64,000 nucleotides of DNA, taken from contig NC_043002.1 of the NCBI RefSeq assembly GCF_006345805.1, forward strand, positions 119,102,001-119,166,000, read 5' to 3'. A program made the translations under genes and the position numbers. Shown here in pieces: positions 62,781-64,000 of this stretch (position 1 is the stretch's first letter; each line of letters starts with the position of its first letter). The stretch is from Octopus sinensis (Eukaryota). The notes under the pieces are model-generated. The model was not told where the DNA came from. It worked only from the letters and a program-made list of their open reading frames with translations, and ran no database searches.

Positions 62781-63609
62781 GTTGACTAACTCAGTGGTTA
62801 CCACACAACGGAATATCTGTAGCAGATGAAATCTCAACGTTGTGATGTTTTCACCATAACTGCTAGCCTCGTCTGCTTCCATTTTCCATACTCTAAAACC
62901 TCCCAGTCATCTGCAACTGTTAATAATAAAACGGGAAGTACACACTTTCTGTCTCTTTTCTTTTACCTTAATTTCTAAATTTGACTTGGAATACGCACGC
63001 ACAATCATACACATCTCTGTGTCTCTGTGTACACACTGGAGATACACATGTATATCAAGAGAATGATTTGATGTTTGAAAGAATGACAGTCCTGCTGTTG
63101 TATCTGATTGCCACTGATTGGGAAAAAGAAGAGACGTGTAGCAATTGTCACGGAGTATCAACGATGTCTTTATGAACCTGGTGAAATCAGATCTGAGAAC
63201 ATTGGCGATCTACAAATGAAGTGACAGACTATAAAGACAATTCAGAGAAATACTGTGTTGGAGGCCAACTATGGATTACGTTCGCCTGGGCAAAACCAAA
63301 ATCAAAGCCTCCACATCTTGTTTTCTTAACCTCTTAAATTGTTGTTGGCATCCTTTTTGTCTCGGGAGACAATGGAGTTGCGCATAAAGTAGTCTAGTCC
63401 GGCTTTTACATTAAATTGTAGGCGGGGTGTAAAATATCTTTTCCCCCAAAACTGTGAAAATTTCGATCCAGTCGATTCAAATTAACAAACATTTCGCTAT
63501 GACGTAACGTAATTATTCTGTTCATTGTATCGACAAGACTCTCGGCTGTTTATATACATTGCTGGTCACAATTCACTTCAATCATTCTCTTCTATCTTGA
63601 TCCAAATCG

Positions 63610-64000
63610 TTTAACTAAATCATCTTCCCATCGTGGTGGATACCTTTTGAGTAGTTTTTCCGATCTCTTAGCTGCCACTTGAGTTCACTTGTTTGTGATC
63701 TTTGCGATTTGTTCAGCACAGGGAAACTTACCCTTTCGGTATTCCGCAAATACGTCGTTCACTCCACTTCGTTCTCGAATTCTCATTTCCAGTATGCTCT
63801 CGCTATGGTATTCCTAGCATGAATCTTTTCACAGCACTTTGCGTCGTAGCCAATCGATGTTCTTCCCTCTTCGTAGTTACATAAGTTTCATTCGCATATA
63901 AGAGCGAAGATAAGACGGTACGACTGATGAGTTTGGCATGTGTGGTCTTGTGCAGCTTTGCTTTAAGTATATCCTTTACAGAACTAAACGCCTCCTATCC
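63610..64000 (-). mobile_element. RTE LINE ORF C-terminal fragment, continues off the window
   Basis: AFSSVKDIL...TVLSSLLYANETY.TTKREEHRLATTQSAVKRFMLGI...REH..NE. Confidence 0.8.

Overview
Eukaryotic, AT-rich, microsatellite-dense DNA with no host protein-coding gene I can support. It is probably intronic or intergenic. The SINE families look like those of octopus (inference, not verified). Almost everything interpretable is a mobile element. Autonomous-type remnants: 3' half of a Tx1/L1-clade LINE at the left edge, a 5'-truncated CR1 LINE, an R4/Dong-like RLE LINE, several RTE fragments, four Penelope-like (GIY-YIG) remnants and a mariner remnant. Non-autonomous elements: a decayed RTE-BovB LINE carrying a nested 2.66-kb LTR element (tRNA-Trp PBS, 4-bp TSD), hAT and pogo MITEs, two Helentron-type HINEs and dozens of tRNA-derived SINEs built from interchangeable modules. 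The most interesting signal is a set of type I hammerhead-ribozyme (HHR) motifs, identified by eye, in at least four unrelated non-coding repeats that sit in (TA)n tracts. These are (1) a 2.8-kb tandem-plus-inverted array of a ~545-bp unit with one HHR per unit (21696-24514), (2) a 1.45-mer of a 467-bp unit with a canonical HHR (44857-45533), and (3) small palindromic HHR elements. The pattern fits a retrozyme-like or non-autonomous Penelope system that may make self-cleaving or circular RNAs. Ribozyme activity is predicted from motif and base pairing only. Most long ORFs in the supplied track are microsatellite artefacts.
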